DNA of 64,000 nucleotides from an uncultured Bacteroidales bacterium (GTDB taxonomy: Bacteria > Bacteroidota > Bacteroidia > Bacteroidales > P3), in NCBI GenBank assembly GCA_937901525.1, contig CALDHX010000013.1, positions 1,515 to 65,514 of the forward strand, read 5' to 3'. Under the pieces are notes generated by a model that searched no databases, was not told where the DNA came from, and worked only from the letters and a program-made list of their open reading frames with translations. Made by a program: the position numbers and the translations under genes. Position 1 is the stretch's first letter, and the number at the start of each line of letters is the position of its first letter. Below are positions 29,456 to 38,629 of this stretch, piece after piece.

Positions 29456-32400
29456 CTATTTTTTCTGTGTTTTATTCTCTAAACTATAAAAATACTTATT
29501 CACCTTTTCTTTATAAAAAGGAGAATACATAGGTTGCATTTGCTTAAATATTTCCTCCTCCTTATCTTTCAATCCTTTGAAATCTAAAAAATCTTTTACT
29601 TCCGTATTTATTTTATCTTTTCCTTCTTTGGATTCTCTCTTTTTACCTTTTCCTTGTTTTTTTTCTGCCCTTTCGTGTTCAAGTAATCGAGTTAATATTT
29701 TTGCTTGACGATTAATCGTACTGCGACTTATTTTTTTATTTACGATTTCTTTTTCTGTTTGTTCCATTTGTTTGGAAATTTCATTAAGAAGTTTTGAGGG
29801 TTTACCTTGCTCCGCTTTTATTCTTTCTGCCTCTTTTTGCAACAACCTTCTTATCATCTCTTGTTGTGCAGCAGCTCGAGCTAATGATTCATTTAATTTT
29901 GAATTTTCGCCTATTTTCTTCCTGCCTTGCTGTTGTCCTTGTTCTAAATCTTTTTTTAATCGCTCTAATTCTCGATTCAAACTTTCTTGTAAATCTTTTA
30001 AACTTTGTTGAGATTGTTTTTTTTGTTGAGAAGATGAAGACGGATTATTACATTGTTGAGAAGAATTACTTTTGCTATTATTACTCTGTTGTTGATTCTG
30101 CATGTTTTCTAAACTTTCTCTCAACATTAAAGACAAATTATTCATTGATGACATTGCATATTGTTGCCACGAGAGTACAGAGTTATTTTTATAATTTGAA
30201 TAATGTGCTTGATTATATTGTAATAAAGTTGAAATTGATTTTTCTACATAGTCTACTATTTTATTCAATTCTTGATTTATCAAATAACCTATTTGAGTTT
30301 GTCGTTTACTTATTGCAAACAACGTATCTGAAATAGGTTGCATTTTTTCTTTCAAATGATATTGTTTTTTTATTATTTCTTGATACAACGGGTCTGAAAC
30401 TCTTGTCGTTCTTATATTATTCATTAAATCCTCTTGACCTTTTGATATTTTAATGAGATTTTTAAGGATTTGTCTGATATGTTCTATATCTTCCCCTAAT
30501 TGATTTGACAGATTAGTCTGACTTTGTTGCTTTATATTGTTTGACATCTGCTGCATTTGTTCAGAAGCTGACCTCATATTCTCGCTTGCTTTCTTAAATT
30601 TGTTTTGATTTAACTTTTCTTCTGCTTCTTTTTGATTTTTTTTAATTGAATTTTCTAATTGTTTATCTCTTTCAATAGACTTATAATCATCAATTTCTTT
30701 AGAAAGTTTTTCAATTTTTTTTAACTTTTCTAATTGTTCAGAAAATTCCTTTGAAATATCATTTTGTTTCTTTGAATTATTTTCTTTTTCCTTTGAATTA
30801 TTTTGTTCAGATAAAGATTTTTGTTTTTGAGATAATTCATCTAATTTATCAGTCAATTCATTTGTTAATTTTTCTAACTCTAAACGTTTATATATTTCTA
30901 TATTTTTATCCAGTTCCTTAGAGAGATTCTCGTTATTCATTTTAATATTATTTAGACTCTCATTAAGTTTATTCTTATCTATATTTTCCTCTGCAAGTTT
31001 CTTGATTTCTTCAAGAATTTCCTTCATTTGTTCATCTAATACTTTTTCAAACAATTCTTCTAACTCTCTTTGTTTTTTTAAAATATTTTCTTCTTGCTGA
31101 GTCAATTTCTCATCTAAATAATTATTCTCTTCTATTTGTTGTTTTATATCTTCTATTTGTTGTTTTATATCTTCTTGTTTTTTTATTAACTCTTCTATTT
31201 CTTGTTTATCTTGCCAAGATAGTTCTTTCTTGCCTATAAATTCTTTACTTAATTCATTAATTTTATTTTTTAATTCTTTAATAGAAGTCAAAACTTCTTC
31301 TGTTGTATTTTTTATATTTTTTGAATTAGTTTCTTTTTTCAATTCCAATTCTTCTTGCGTTGGAACATTCAACAAAAACACCTCACTTCTTATTGATTTT
31401 CCTCCAGTTATTGCATCATTATCTTTAACTTCAAAATAATATTCTACCTTATCACCTTGTTGTAGCAAAAGATCTGATAAATTATAGTAAAATTCTTGCG
31501 CATTTTCTTGTTTATTAATCTCTATTAAGTACGATTTACATATAGTATCATTCTTATTTATTTGATTTAAACAAAATTTTAATTCAGAAAATCCATAATC
31601 ATCTTTTATCTGTCCTCTAAATAATATTCTATCTGGCAAAATAGTATCTTTATATTCAACAACTACTATTTGAGGATATAAATCCTCTATAACTTTTAGT
31701 TGAACTCTTAACGTATCTGAATAATTCGAAAATCGATTTGTTGTTTTTATATAAAATTCCTCATCATTTATGAGAGTATGCGAATAAAAAAATTCACTTT
31801 TTTTGTTAGGTATAAACATTTTTTTTTCACTATCGTTTATAAACAGTATATTTTCCACATCACGAACCAACCCTTCCCAAATTATTTTTGATCCCTTAGG
31901 CACACAAACATCATTCAAAGAAGTAATAATCATAGGTTTCAATTTCGTATATACAGGAGGTATTGCCCTTACTCTAAGATTTACAATTATCGGTTTCGGA
32001 TAAACTGTTATCAAGTAACTCTTACTACTATATCCATTCGCATTAAAACTAATAATTGTATTTTTCTGTAATTGTGAAATCTTATATGAAAATGTAGTTT
32101 TGGTATTTTTCTTCATTTGAAACTCATTTTCTCCAACCTTAATGTAAACAACATCTGGCAAAGCCTTTCCCTTCATTTTTACTTCCACTACAAAATCTTC
32201 TTGTTGTAATATCTCCAAAGAAGAATTTTGTAATTCAAATATAAAAGGAGCTGGCTTTTCAAAATATTGAGTATGATTTATATACCTATAAGTACTTTGT
32301 TTCAAGAAGTCTGGAAAACAAACAATAATTACCAATAACACGACAACAACGGAAAGAGATATAAAACCTATTTTTTTTGTTTTTTTCTTATCTATTGCTT

Positions 32401-32836
32401 TATGAAATGTGATGGGATATAACTCTCTTGTTTTTTGTTCAATACTTGCTAACAAAATATCTGATTCTTCAATTAAAATCATTTGCTTTAATTGAAGAAG
32501 ATTCAATAATTTATCAGAAACCTCAGGAAAATAAGAACCTATTATCTTAGCTACATCTTCATATGATATTGTTTTCCCTATATTTAAAAGTTTTGTTAAT
32601 GGATAAACAACATATCGTATCAACAACAAAATAAAAAGTACAATATATATATACAATATTGTAGTTCTAACGATAATCCCATTATAACCTATAAATTCTA
32701 CAAGAATAAAGAATAAAAAAAATAATATTGAAAGAGCGATAAAATAAAACGCACCTTTAATTAAAAGGTTTTTATAATACTTGCGGATAAATCCGTTTAG
32801 TTTCTTTAATAGTAGATCATTTTTATTATTCTGCAT
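29456..32836 (-). CDS. Large membrane-anchored coiled-coil protein (architecture resembles DUF4175-family proteins)
   Basis: N-terminal TM hairpin and a third TM segment, then a beta-rich region, then about 600 aa of K/E/Q/N-rich predicted coiled coil. The start codon overlaps the atpB 3' end by 11 nt. Confidence 0.75.
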   Translation of the reverse strand: MQNNKNDLLLKKLNGFIRKYYKNLLIKGAFYFIALSILFFLFFILVEFIGYNGIIVRTTILYIYIVLFILLLIRYVVYPLTKLLNIGKTISYEDVAKIIGSYFPEVSDKLLNLLQLKQMILIEESDILLASIEQKTRELYPITFHKAIDKKKTKKIGFISLSVVVVLLVIIVCFPDFLKQSTYRYINHTQYFEKPAPFIFELQNSSLEILQQEDFVVEVKMKGKALPDVVYIKVGENEFQMKKNTKTTFSYKISQLQKNTIISFNANGYSSKSYLITVYPKPIIVNLRVRAIPPVYTKLKPMIITSLNDVCVPKGSKIIWEGLVRDVENILFINDSEKKMFIPNKKSEFFYSHTLINDEEFYIKTTNRFSNYSDTLRVQLKVIEDLYPQIVVVEYKDTILPDRILFRGQIKDDYGFSELKFCLNQINKNDTICKSYLIEINKQENAQEFYYNLSDLLLQQGDKVEYYFEVKDNDAITGGKSIRSEVFLLNVPTQEELELKKETNSKNIKNTTEEVLTSIKELKNKINELSKEFIGKKELSWQDKQEIEELIKKQEDIKQQIEDIKQQIEENNYLDEKLTQQEENILKKQRELEELFEKVLDEQMKEILEEIKKLAEENIDKNKLNESLNNIKMNNENLSKELDKNIEIYKRLELEKLTNELTDKLDELSQKQKSLSEQNNSKEKENNSKKQNDISKEFSEQLEKLKKIEKLSKEIDDYKSIERDKQLENSIKKNQKEAEEKLNQNKFKKASENMRSASEQMQQMSNNIKQQSQTNLSNQLGEDIEHIRQILKNLIKISKGQEDLMNNIRTTRVSDPLYQEIIKKQYHLKEKMQPISDTLFAISKRQTQIGYLINQELNKIVDYVEKSISTLLQYNQAHYSNYKNNSVLSWQQYAMSSMNNLSLMLRESLENMQNQQQSNNSKSNSSQQCNNPSSSSQQKKQSQQSLKDLQESLNRELERLKKDLEQGQQQGRKKIGENSKLNESLARAAAQQEMIRRLLQKEAERIKAEQGKPSKLLNEISKQMEQTEKEIVNKKISRSTINRQAKILTRLLEHERAEKKQGKGKKRESKEGKDKINTEVKDFLDFKGLKDKEEEIFKQMQPMYSPFYKEKVNKYFYSLENKTQKK
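30746..30808 (-). repeat. Three 21-nt-phased CTTTG-cored units inside the coiled-coil CDS
   Basis: c of CTTTG at 30749, 30770 and 30791. The units encode QNDISKE / KENNSKK / QNNSKE. 30767-30805 matches intergenic 56517-56555 at 36 of 39 positions. Confidence 0.85.
31129..31170 (-). repeat. Perfect 2 x 21-nt tandem duplication (cttctatttgttgttttatat) inside the CDS
   Basis: Identical units at 31129-31149 and 31150-31170, encoding DIKQQIE twice. Confidence 0.9.
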
Positions 32837-33893
32837 GTTCGTCTTCCGTAGCCATACCTATGTAAATAGCAGATAAAAGAGTGAACACATAAGCTTGGAT
32901 AAATGCAACTAAAACTTCCAAAGCTGTCATAAATAAAGCAAAAAACAATGGTAAAATAGAAGTTCCATAACCTAATGCAGCACTTTTTTCACCAAATATG
33001 AATATTATACAAATGAAACTTAATATCATAACGTGTCCTGCAGTAATATTTGCAAACAATCGTATCGTTAAAGAAAAAGGTTTTGTAAATAATCCCAAAA
33101 TTTCTACTACAGGCATAATAGGAAGAGGGAATTTTAACCACCATGGCACACCTGGCATATTAATTATATGTTTCCAATAGTGCTTATTTCCACTTATATT
33201 CGTAATAACAAAAGTAAATACAGCTAAACACAAAGTTACTGCTATATTTCCTGTAATATTTGCACCTCCTGGGAAAAAAGGGAACAAACCTAACAAATTT
33301 GAAAAGAAAATAAACAAGAAAGCTGTGAGTAGATATGGTAAATATTTTTGATACTTATGTTCTCCTATTGACGGAAGAGCTATATCATTTTTGATAAATA
33401 AAATAAAATATTCAACAACCGTTAATAAACCTTTTGGAGCTTGGCCTTCTCTATTTTTTGCAATACGTGCACCTTTTAAAACTAAAAATATTATCAATCC
33501 TGCAACTATAAAAATTGCAAAAACATTCTTGGTAATAGAAAAATCTAAGGGTTTTTTCCCAGTATACACGCCCTTATCATCTACACATATTATAGAACCC
33601 TCTAAACCTTCTCCATCTTTATCAGTAGCTATTTTATACCCCTTGTAAGGAGAATGTCCATGATGAAATTTACTTGACATAAACACATCAACTTTTCCAT
33701 CATTTATCAAGATAATTGGTAATGGAATTGAAACATCTAACGACTCATAAGTAAAGATATGCCAATAATAAGAATCACCCAAGTGTTCCATTATCAACTT
33801 ACCTGCATCAAATTTCTCAGTTTGCTCACTAGCAACTATGCTTCCAAATGAAGCAAAAAATAAAGCTAAAAATAAGAATATTCGTTTCATCAT
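32826..33893 (-). CDS. atpB: F-type ATP synthase subunit a
   Basis: Essential-Arg motif LTIRLFANITAGHVM, multi-TM C-terminal half, and the long N-terminal extension usual in Bacteroidota (355 aa). Confidence 0.9.
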   Translation of the reverse strand: MMKRIFLFLALFFASFGSIVASEQTEKFDAGKLIMEHLGDSYYWHIFTYESLDVSIPLPIILINDGKVDVFMSSKFHHGHSPYKGYKIATDKDGEGLEGSIICVDDKGVYTGKKPLDFSITKNVFAIFIVAGLIIFLVLKGARIAKNREGQAPKGLLTVVEYFILFIKNDIALPSIGEHKYQKYLPYLLTAFLFIFFSNLLGLFPFFPGGANITGNIAVTLCLAVFTFVITNISGNKHYWKHIINMPGVPWWLKFPLPIMPVVEILGLFTKPFSLTIRLFANITAGHVMILSFICIIFIFGEKSAALGYGTSILPLFFALFMTALEVLVAFIQAYVFTLLSAIYIGMATEDEHAE

Positions 33894-33915
33894 TAATATT
33901 ACTTTTTTGGAGAGG

Positions 33916-33923
33916 CAAATTTA
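33916..33923 (-). promoter_or_regulatory. -7 box TAAATTTG (minus strand) for atpB
   Basis: caaattta on the plus strand, 23 nt upstream of the ATG at 33893. Confidence 0.5.
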
Positions 33924-34051
33924 GTAAATAATTTTTGGAATGCAAGTATTTACTAAAATTTTTCTAACAATTAATTTCTAATTTCTATATTTTTTACTTT
34001 CCCCTTCTTATTTTTTCTCCACTTTATAGCTTTGTTATAAGTTTCTTTTCT

Positions 34052-34059
34052 TAATTTTG
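34052..34059 (+). promoter_or_regulatory. -7 box TAATTTTG for mrdA-rodA
   Basis: Exact TAnnTTTG 21 nt upstream of the ATG at 34080. Confidence 0.55.
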
Positions 34060-34079
34060 CAACCTATTTTTTAATAAAA

Positions 34080-35933
34080 ATGAGGGACGCTTTTTCATCA
34101 AGACGAATTATAGTTACAGCAATATTTATTATTGTTGGTATTGTTTATATCATAAGGCTTGCCCATCTTCAAATAATCGATGATTCCTATACTCAACTCG
34201 CTAATAGGAATGCTTTAAGACATATTACTCAATATCCTTCAAGAGGTCTTATTTATGATAGGAACGGAAAGTTATTAGTGTATAACGAAGCCGTTTATGA
34301 TTTAATGGTTATTCCTCGTCAAGTAAAAGATATTGACACCAACGAATTTTGTTCTCTCTTAAAGATCTCAAAAGAAGATTTTACAAAAAAGATGAATAAA
34401 GCTAAAAAATATTCTACTTATAGTCCATCTATATTTGAAAAACAAATCTCAAAAGAAGATTTTGCTCCACTTCAAGAAAAATTATACAAATTTGAGGGCT
34501 TTTATGCTCAAAGCAGAACATTAAGATTCTATCCAGATTCAGTCGCTTGTCATATTTTAGGATACATAGGAGAAGTGAACGAAAAGACTATTGAAAAAAA
34601 TCCTTACTATAAAAAGGGAGACTACATAGGAATGAGTGGTTTAGAAAAATCATACGAAAAAATTTTAAGAGGTAAAAAAGGTAGTAAAATAACATTAGTT
34701 GATGTTCACAATAGAGAAAAAGGGTCTTTCCAAAATGGAATGTACGATACCATAGCTATCGCTGGCAGCAATCTTTATAGTACGATTGATTTAGAATTGC
34801 AAAAATATGCAGAAAAAATTATGGCAAACAAAAGAGGTTGCATTGTTGCAATTGAGCCAAGTACAGGTGAAATTTTATGTTTTGTGTCCGCACCATACTA
34901 TAATCCCAATCTATTAGTTGGTCGTGTAAGAGGCAATAACTACAAAAAATTATCAGAAGATATTTCCAAACCATTATTTAACAGAGTATTAATGGCAGAA
35001 TATCCACCTGGTAGTATATTCAAGATTGCTCAATCTTTAATTGCGCTAGATATGGGCGTAATATCTCCGAGCACAGGCTTTGTTTGCGACAAAAGTTTAG
35101 TAGGTTGCCACAATCACCCTTCGGCTAGCAATGTTAGAGATGCAATAAAGATGTCTTGCAACCCTTATTTCTATAAAGTATTTCAAAGAGTAGTACAAAG
35201 AACAAATCCAAATACCGGAAAAATTGACAGTAAATATGGGTTAACTCAATGGAATTATGCTGCAAAAAGAATGGGTTTTGGAACTCGTTTAGATATTGAC
35301 CTTCCAAATACAAGAAAAGGGTATATACCTGACACAACTTTTTACAACAAATGGTATCCAAGCGGTTGGAATTTCTACACAATCTATTCCAACTCAATAG
35401 GGCAAGGTGAAGTTGGTGTTATTCCTTTACAAATGGCAAACTTTGCAGCTTTAGTTGCTAACAGAGGTTGGTATATAACTCCACATATTGTTAGAAATTT
35501 TGGAGATGAAACTCAAAAAACAAAATATGTAAAATATTCAGAAAAACATCATAGCATGATAGCTCCTGAATATTGGAATATTGCAGTGGAAGGAATGTAC
35601 GGAGTAGTGCATGAAGCTGGCGGGACTGCAAAAAGAGCAAAAATAGACGATATTGCAGTTTGTGGTAAAACAGGTACAGCCGAAAACATAGGAGATGACC
35701 ATTCTGTATTTATTTGTTTTGCGCCAAAAAACAATCCACAGATTGCCGTTGCCGTATATATAGAAAATGCACATGGAGGAGGAGGAACTTGGGCCGCACC
35801 AATAGCAAGTCTTATTGTTGAAAAACACATAAGAGGTAAAGTAGAAAGAGAAGAAATGGAGCAATATTATATTGAAACAAACCCTTGTCAACCTTTACCT
35901 TTAAAACGAAGAATAAAAACCAAGAAAAAATAA
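34080..35933 (+). CDS. mrdA: Penicillin-binding protein 2 (elongasome transpeptidase)
   Basis: N-terminal TM anchor and the motifs SIFK (SxxK), SCN (SxN) and KTGT. Immediately followed by rodA. Confidence 0.92.
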   Translation: MRDAFSSRRIIVTAIFIIVGIVYIIRLAHLQIIDDSYTQLANRNALRHITQYPSRGLIYDRNGKLLVYNEAVYDLMVIPRQVKDIDTNEFCSLLKISKEDFTKKMNKAKKYSTYSPSIFEKQISKEDFAPLQEKLYKFEGFYAQSRTLRFYPDSVACHILGYIGEVNEKTIEKNPYYKKGDYIGMSGLEKSYEKILRGKKGSKITLVDVHNREKGSFQNGMYDTIAIAGSNLYSTIDLELQKYAEKIMANKRGCIVAIEPSTGEILCFVSAPYYNPNLLVGRVRGNNYKKLSEDISKPLFNRVLMAEYPPGSIFKIAQSLIALDMGVISPSTGFVCDKSLVGCHNHPSASNVRDAIKMSCNPYFYKVFQRVVQRTNPNTGKIDSKYGLTQWNYAAKRMGFGTRLDIDLPNTRKGYIPDTTFYNKWYPSGWNFYTIYSNSIGQGEVGVIPLQMANFAALVANRGWYITPHIVRNFGDETQKTKYVKYSEKHHSMIAPEYWNIAVEGMYGVVHEAGGTAKRAKIDDIAVCGKTGTAENIGDDHSVFICFAPKNNPQIAVAVYIENAHGGGGTWAAPIASLIVEKHIRGKVEREEMEQYYIETNPCQPLPLKRRIKTKKK

Positions 35934-35958
35934 TTTTTTTCTTTGATTTATAAGAATA

Positions 35959-37227
35959 ATGGATAGAAAAAACAAAAGTTTACTTAGAAATATTGATTGG
36001 AGTGTTATCCTCATTTATTTAATCCTCGTTATATTTGGTTGGGTTAATATTTATGCCGCTGTTTATGACGGAGAAAGTGGCAATGTTTTTGATTTTTCAA
36101 CACGTTATGGAAAACAATTAATTTGGATAGGCGCCTCTCTTCTAATTGCGCTATTCGTTTTAGTTTTAGATCCCAAATTTTTTTCTCAAACATCATACAT
36201 AATATATGGTATATTCCTATTGATGCTAATATCAGTCTTATTTGTTGGCTCTGAAACCAAAGGTGCAAAATCCTGGTTTGGTTTTGGAGACTTTGGAATA
36301 CAACCATCTGAATTTGCAAAAGGAGCGACAGCATTAGCACTAGCAAAAACCCTATCATCTATTACAGCAGACTTCAAAAAAATGAAAACAAAATTATCTG
36401 CAATAACAGTAATAGCTATTCCAATGCTACTCATTTTGCTACAAAACGATACAGGCTCGGCATTAGTATTTTGTAGTTTTGTTTTTGTGTTATTTAGAGA
36501 AGGACTATCCTCATACGTTCTAATAATCGGAGCAACATGTATATTGTTATTTATATTAGCATTACTTGCCAACCAATACATTTTAATTGGAATTTACTTC
36601 ATTCTTATTATAAGCGCATATTTTATTTTAAGAAAGCGAATAAGAAAACTAAATATATGGATATTTATTTGCACTTTTATTGGAGCTTCGCTATTCACTT
36701 TAGCTGTTGATTTTGTTTTTGAAAACGTTTTAGAACCACATCAAAAAGACCGTATAGAAGTTTTACTTGGGAAAAAAGAAGATTTCAAAGGAGTAGGTTA
36801 TAATGTTAATCAAAGTAAAATTGCAATAGGCTCAGGCGGGATTACTGGTAAAGGATTCTTAAATGGGACACAAACAAAATTCAATTTTGTTCCCGAACAG
36901 GATACCGATTTCATATTTTGCACCATTGGAGAAGAATGGGGATTCATTGGAGCTTCTCTAACCGTAATTATTTTCATATTTCTATGTGCAAAACTCATAA
37001 AAATGGCTGAAAGACAACGATCTAAATTCGCCAGAATCTATGGATATTCAGTTGCAAGCATAATATTTTTTCACTTTTTCATAAATATAGGAATGACAAT
37101 AGGACTTTTACCCGTAATAGGAATTCCTTTACCCTTCATAAGCTATGGAGGGTCATCATTATGGGCCTTTACATTCCTTTTATTCATATTTATAAAACAA
37201 GACGCCCTACGTCAAGAATTAATTTAG
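35959..37227 (+). CDS. rodA: Rod shape-determining SEDS glycosyltransferase RodA
   Basis: FtsW/RodA/SpoVE pattern: 10-TM protein with QPSEFAK, PEQDTDFIF and PFISYGGSS motifs. Confidence 0.92.
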   Translation: MDRKNKSLLRNIDWSVILIYLILVIFGWVNIYAAVYDGESGNVFDFSTRYGKQLIWIGASLLIALFVLVLDPKFFSQTSYIIYGIFLLMLISVLFVGSETKGAKSWFGFGDFGIQPSEFAKGATALALAKTLSSITADFKKMKTKLSAITVIAIPMLLILLQNDTGSALVFCSFVFVLFREGLSSYVLIIGATCILLFILALLANQYILIGIYFILIISAYFILRKRIRKLNIWIFICTFIGASLFTLAVDFVFENVLEPHQKDRIEVLLGKKEDFKGVGYNVNQSKIAIGSGGITGKGFLNGTQTKFNFVPEQDTDFIFCTIGEEWGFIGASLTVIIFIFLCAKLIKMAERQRSKFARIYGYSVASIIFFHFFINIGMTIGLLPVIGIPLPFISYGGSSLWAFTFLLFIFIKQDALRQELI

Positions 37228-37272
37228 TATAAAATAATAATCACAAATTAGCGATATTTCAGCAAATATTTG

Positions 37273-37280
37273 TAATTTTG
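37273..37280 (+). promoter_or_regulatory. -7 box TAATTTTG for the LytM-domain gene
   Basis: Exact TAnnTTTG 11 nt upstream of the ATG at 37291. Confidence 0.45.
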
Positions 37281-37290
37281 GCGTTCAAAT

Positions 37291-38616
37291 ATGAAGCAAT
37301 TAAATTATAAATCCAAAGCAAAGAGCAATAAAACGACAAAATATATCATCATACTAATAATAAGTATGATAGCATTCCCATTTAATCTCTATTCACAAGA
37401 CAGAAACAAATTAGAAAAAGAAAAAATTAAATTAGAAAAAGAGATTGCTTCAATGAACAAAATACTCAATGAGACAAAAAAAACAAAAAAAATGTCCACT
37501 TCTGAGTTAAGAGTATTAGAAAAAAAGATAGCCCAAAGAAAAAAATTAATAAAAAACATCAATTCTCAAATGGGAATGCTTAATAACGAAATCAAGACTA
37601 CCCAACAATCAATTGGAGAATTATGCAAGGAAATAACTATCCTAAGAGAAAGTTATGCGCAAATGTTACGTTATGCACAAAAAAATAAAACAAATACCGA
37701 TAAACTATTATTCATATTTTCTTCAAAAGACTACAAAGAAGCTTATCAGAGATACATCTTTTTCCGACAATTTGGAGATTTACAAAAAGAAAAACTTGCG
37801 CAAATACAATCAAAAACTAACGAATTATCAAAACGTACAAGTGAATTAGAATTAAAACGTATAAACCAAGAAAAATTACTACAACAAGAATTAAAAAACT
37901 CAAAGGAACTTAACAAAGAAAAAACAGAAAAACAAAAAACTGTTAATCAATTACAAAAGAAAGAAAAGCAATTAGCCAAAAACTTAAAGAACAAACAACA
38001 ACAAGTTAAAAAGCTACAACAACAAATAGACAATGCCATTGCAGCAGAAGTCAAAAAACAAAAAGAATTAGCAGCCAAGAAGAAACAACAAATGGCTACC
38101 AACACAACAACAAACAAAAAAGAAGCAGAAGCCAATAAAGCAGCGATAGAAACAGCAAAGAAGAAGAATTACACAATAGCAACAACACCAGAAGAAGTCG
38201 CATTATCAAGCAGTTTTGAAGCCAACAAAGGAAAGCTACCTTGGCCAACATCACAAGGAGTAATAGTTTCACAATATGGCGTACACAAACACCCAGAAGT
38301 AAAAGGAGCTGTAATTGAAAACAAAGGAATAGATATTAGGACAACAAAAGGCTCTACCGTTAGGTCAATATTCAAAGGAGAAGTATCTAGAATTGCAAAA
38401 GGTCCAACAGGATTATTAGTAGTTATCATTAGACACGGAGAATACATGAGTGTTTACGCAAATCTAAAAAGCGTAAGTGTTAAAAATGGGCAAAAAGTCG
38501 ATACAAAACAAACAATCGGAACAGTAAGTACAAACGAAGATGGTGTAAGTGAATATAAATTTCAAATCTTTAAAGGAACACATCACTTAAATCCATCAAT
38601 TTGGTTAAGCAAATAA
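37291..38616 (+). CDS. EnvC-like coiled-coil protein with degenerate LytM (M23) domain, probably an amidase activator rather than a peptidase
   Basis: Signal/TM segment, about 250 aa of coiled coil, and a C-terminal M23 fold. The metal ligands are replaced: NKGIDI for HxGxD, YANL for YxHL, EYKFQI for HLHFE. Confidence 0.8.
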   Translation: MKQLNYKSKAKSNKTTKYIIILIISMIAFPFNLYSQDRNKLEKEKIKLEKEIASMNKILNETKKTKKMSTSELRVLEKKIAQRKKLIKNINSQMGMLNNEIKTTQQSIGELCKEITILRESYAQMLRYAQKNKTNTDKLLFIFSSKDYKEAYQRYIFFRQFGDLQKEKLAQIQSKTNELSKRTSELELKRINQEKLLQQELKNSKELNKEKTEKQKTVNQLQKKEKQLAKNLKNKQQQVKKLQQQIDNAIAAEVKKQKELAAKKKQQMATNTTTNKKEAEANKAAIETAKKKNYTIATTPEEVALSSSFEANKGKLPWPTSQGVIVSQYGVHKHPEVKGAVIENKGIDIRTTKGSTVRSIFKGEVSRIAKGPTGLLVVIIRHGEYMSVYANLKSVSVKNGQKVDTKQTIGTVSTNEDGVSEYKFQIFKGTHHLNPSIWLSK

Positions 38617-38629
38617 AACAAATTAAATA

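Noticed and set aside
14028-32825. The 18.8-kb block separating atpE from atpB might be an inserted mobile or genomic island.
   Set aside because: It carries core genes (serS, dnaG, mnmG, ybeY, rdgB, carboxyltransferase). It has no integrase, transposase or conjugation genes and no flanking direct repeats that I could see. Its base composition looks like the rest of the window. A chromosomal rearrangement is more likely than an insertion.
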